Virus record (IMG/VR): IMGVR_UViG_3300026198_000001
Span: 7,031-71,030 of that record
Source: a virus
Lineage: Duplodnaviria; Caudoviricetes
Length of the DNA: 64,000 bases
Direction: 5' to 3' (one strand)
Positions 63,996 through 64,000 of this stretch are shown piece after piece. Position 1 is the first letter of the stretch, and every line of letters begins with the position of its first letter. A program made the translations under genes and the position numbers. The notes below the pieces were generated by a model that was given only the letters and a program-made list of their open reading frames with translations, was not told the DNA's origin and did not search any database.

Positions 63996-64000
63996 CCCAG

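Noticed and set aside
1-64000. tRNA, rRNA, CRISPR array, integrase, transposase, intron or intein
   Set aside because: No T-loop/anticodon-arm signatures, regularly spaced repeats, recombinase motifs or interrupted core genes were recognised by eye.
1-64000. Alternative genetic code (stop-codon recoding)
   Set aside because: Core genes are full length under the standard code, and TAA, TAG and TGA all end genes at expected positions.

Overview
The whole window is part of a tailed dsDNA phage genome (Caudoviricetes). Every credible gene is on the minus strand. The host is probably a spore-forming Bacillota, inferred from a SigE/SigK-like sigma factor, a SpoVS homolog, an amidase-LysM endolysin and sigmaA promoters. 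In transcription order (64000 to 1) the modules are: tail/baseplate genes; lysis cassette; early small genes driven by a repeated sigmaA promoter element; replication and recombination genes (initiator, DnaC-like loader, DnaB, primase, gp32-like SSB, family A polymerase, SF2 helicase, RecA, resolvases, Cas4-like nuclease); sigma factor and SpoVS; a large glyco-modification locus; dUTPase; packaging genes; a T4-like head module (portal, MuF-like protein, protease-scaffold, major capsid); neck genes. The main discovery candidate is the 16.6-25.6 kb locus: a ParB-like protein, two paralogous GT4-type glycosyltransferases, an NDP-sugar epimerase, WbqC, a PurD-like ATP-grasp ligase, a SAM methyltransferase, an orphan protein and a PIG-L deacetylase. 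Together these suggest a glycyl/methyl-aminosugar hypermodification of phage DNA or virions. Other notable points: a ubiquitin-like ORF coupled to the terminase gene, an apparent absence of GATC, a nested scaffold start inside the protease gene, and a beta-sandwich insertion in the capsid protein. No integrase, tRNA, rRNA or CRISPR array was recognised. All family assignments come from motifs recognised by eye, not from database searches.
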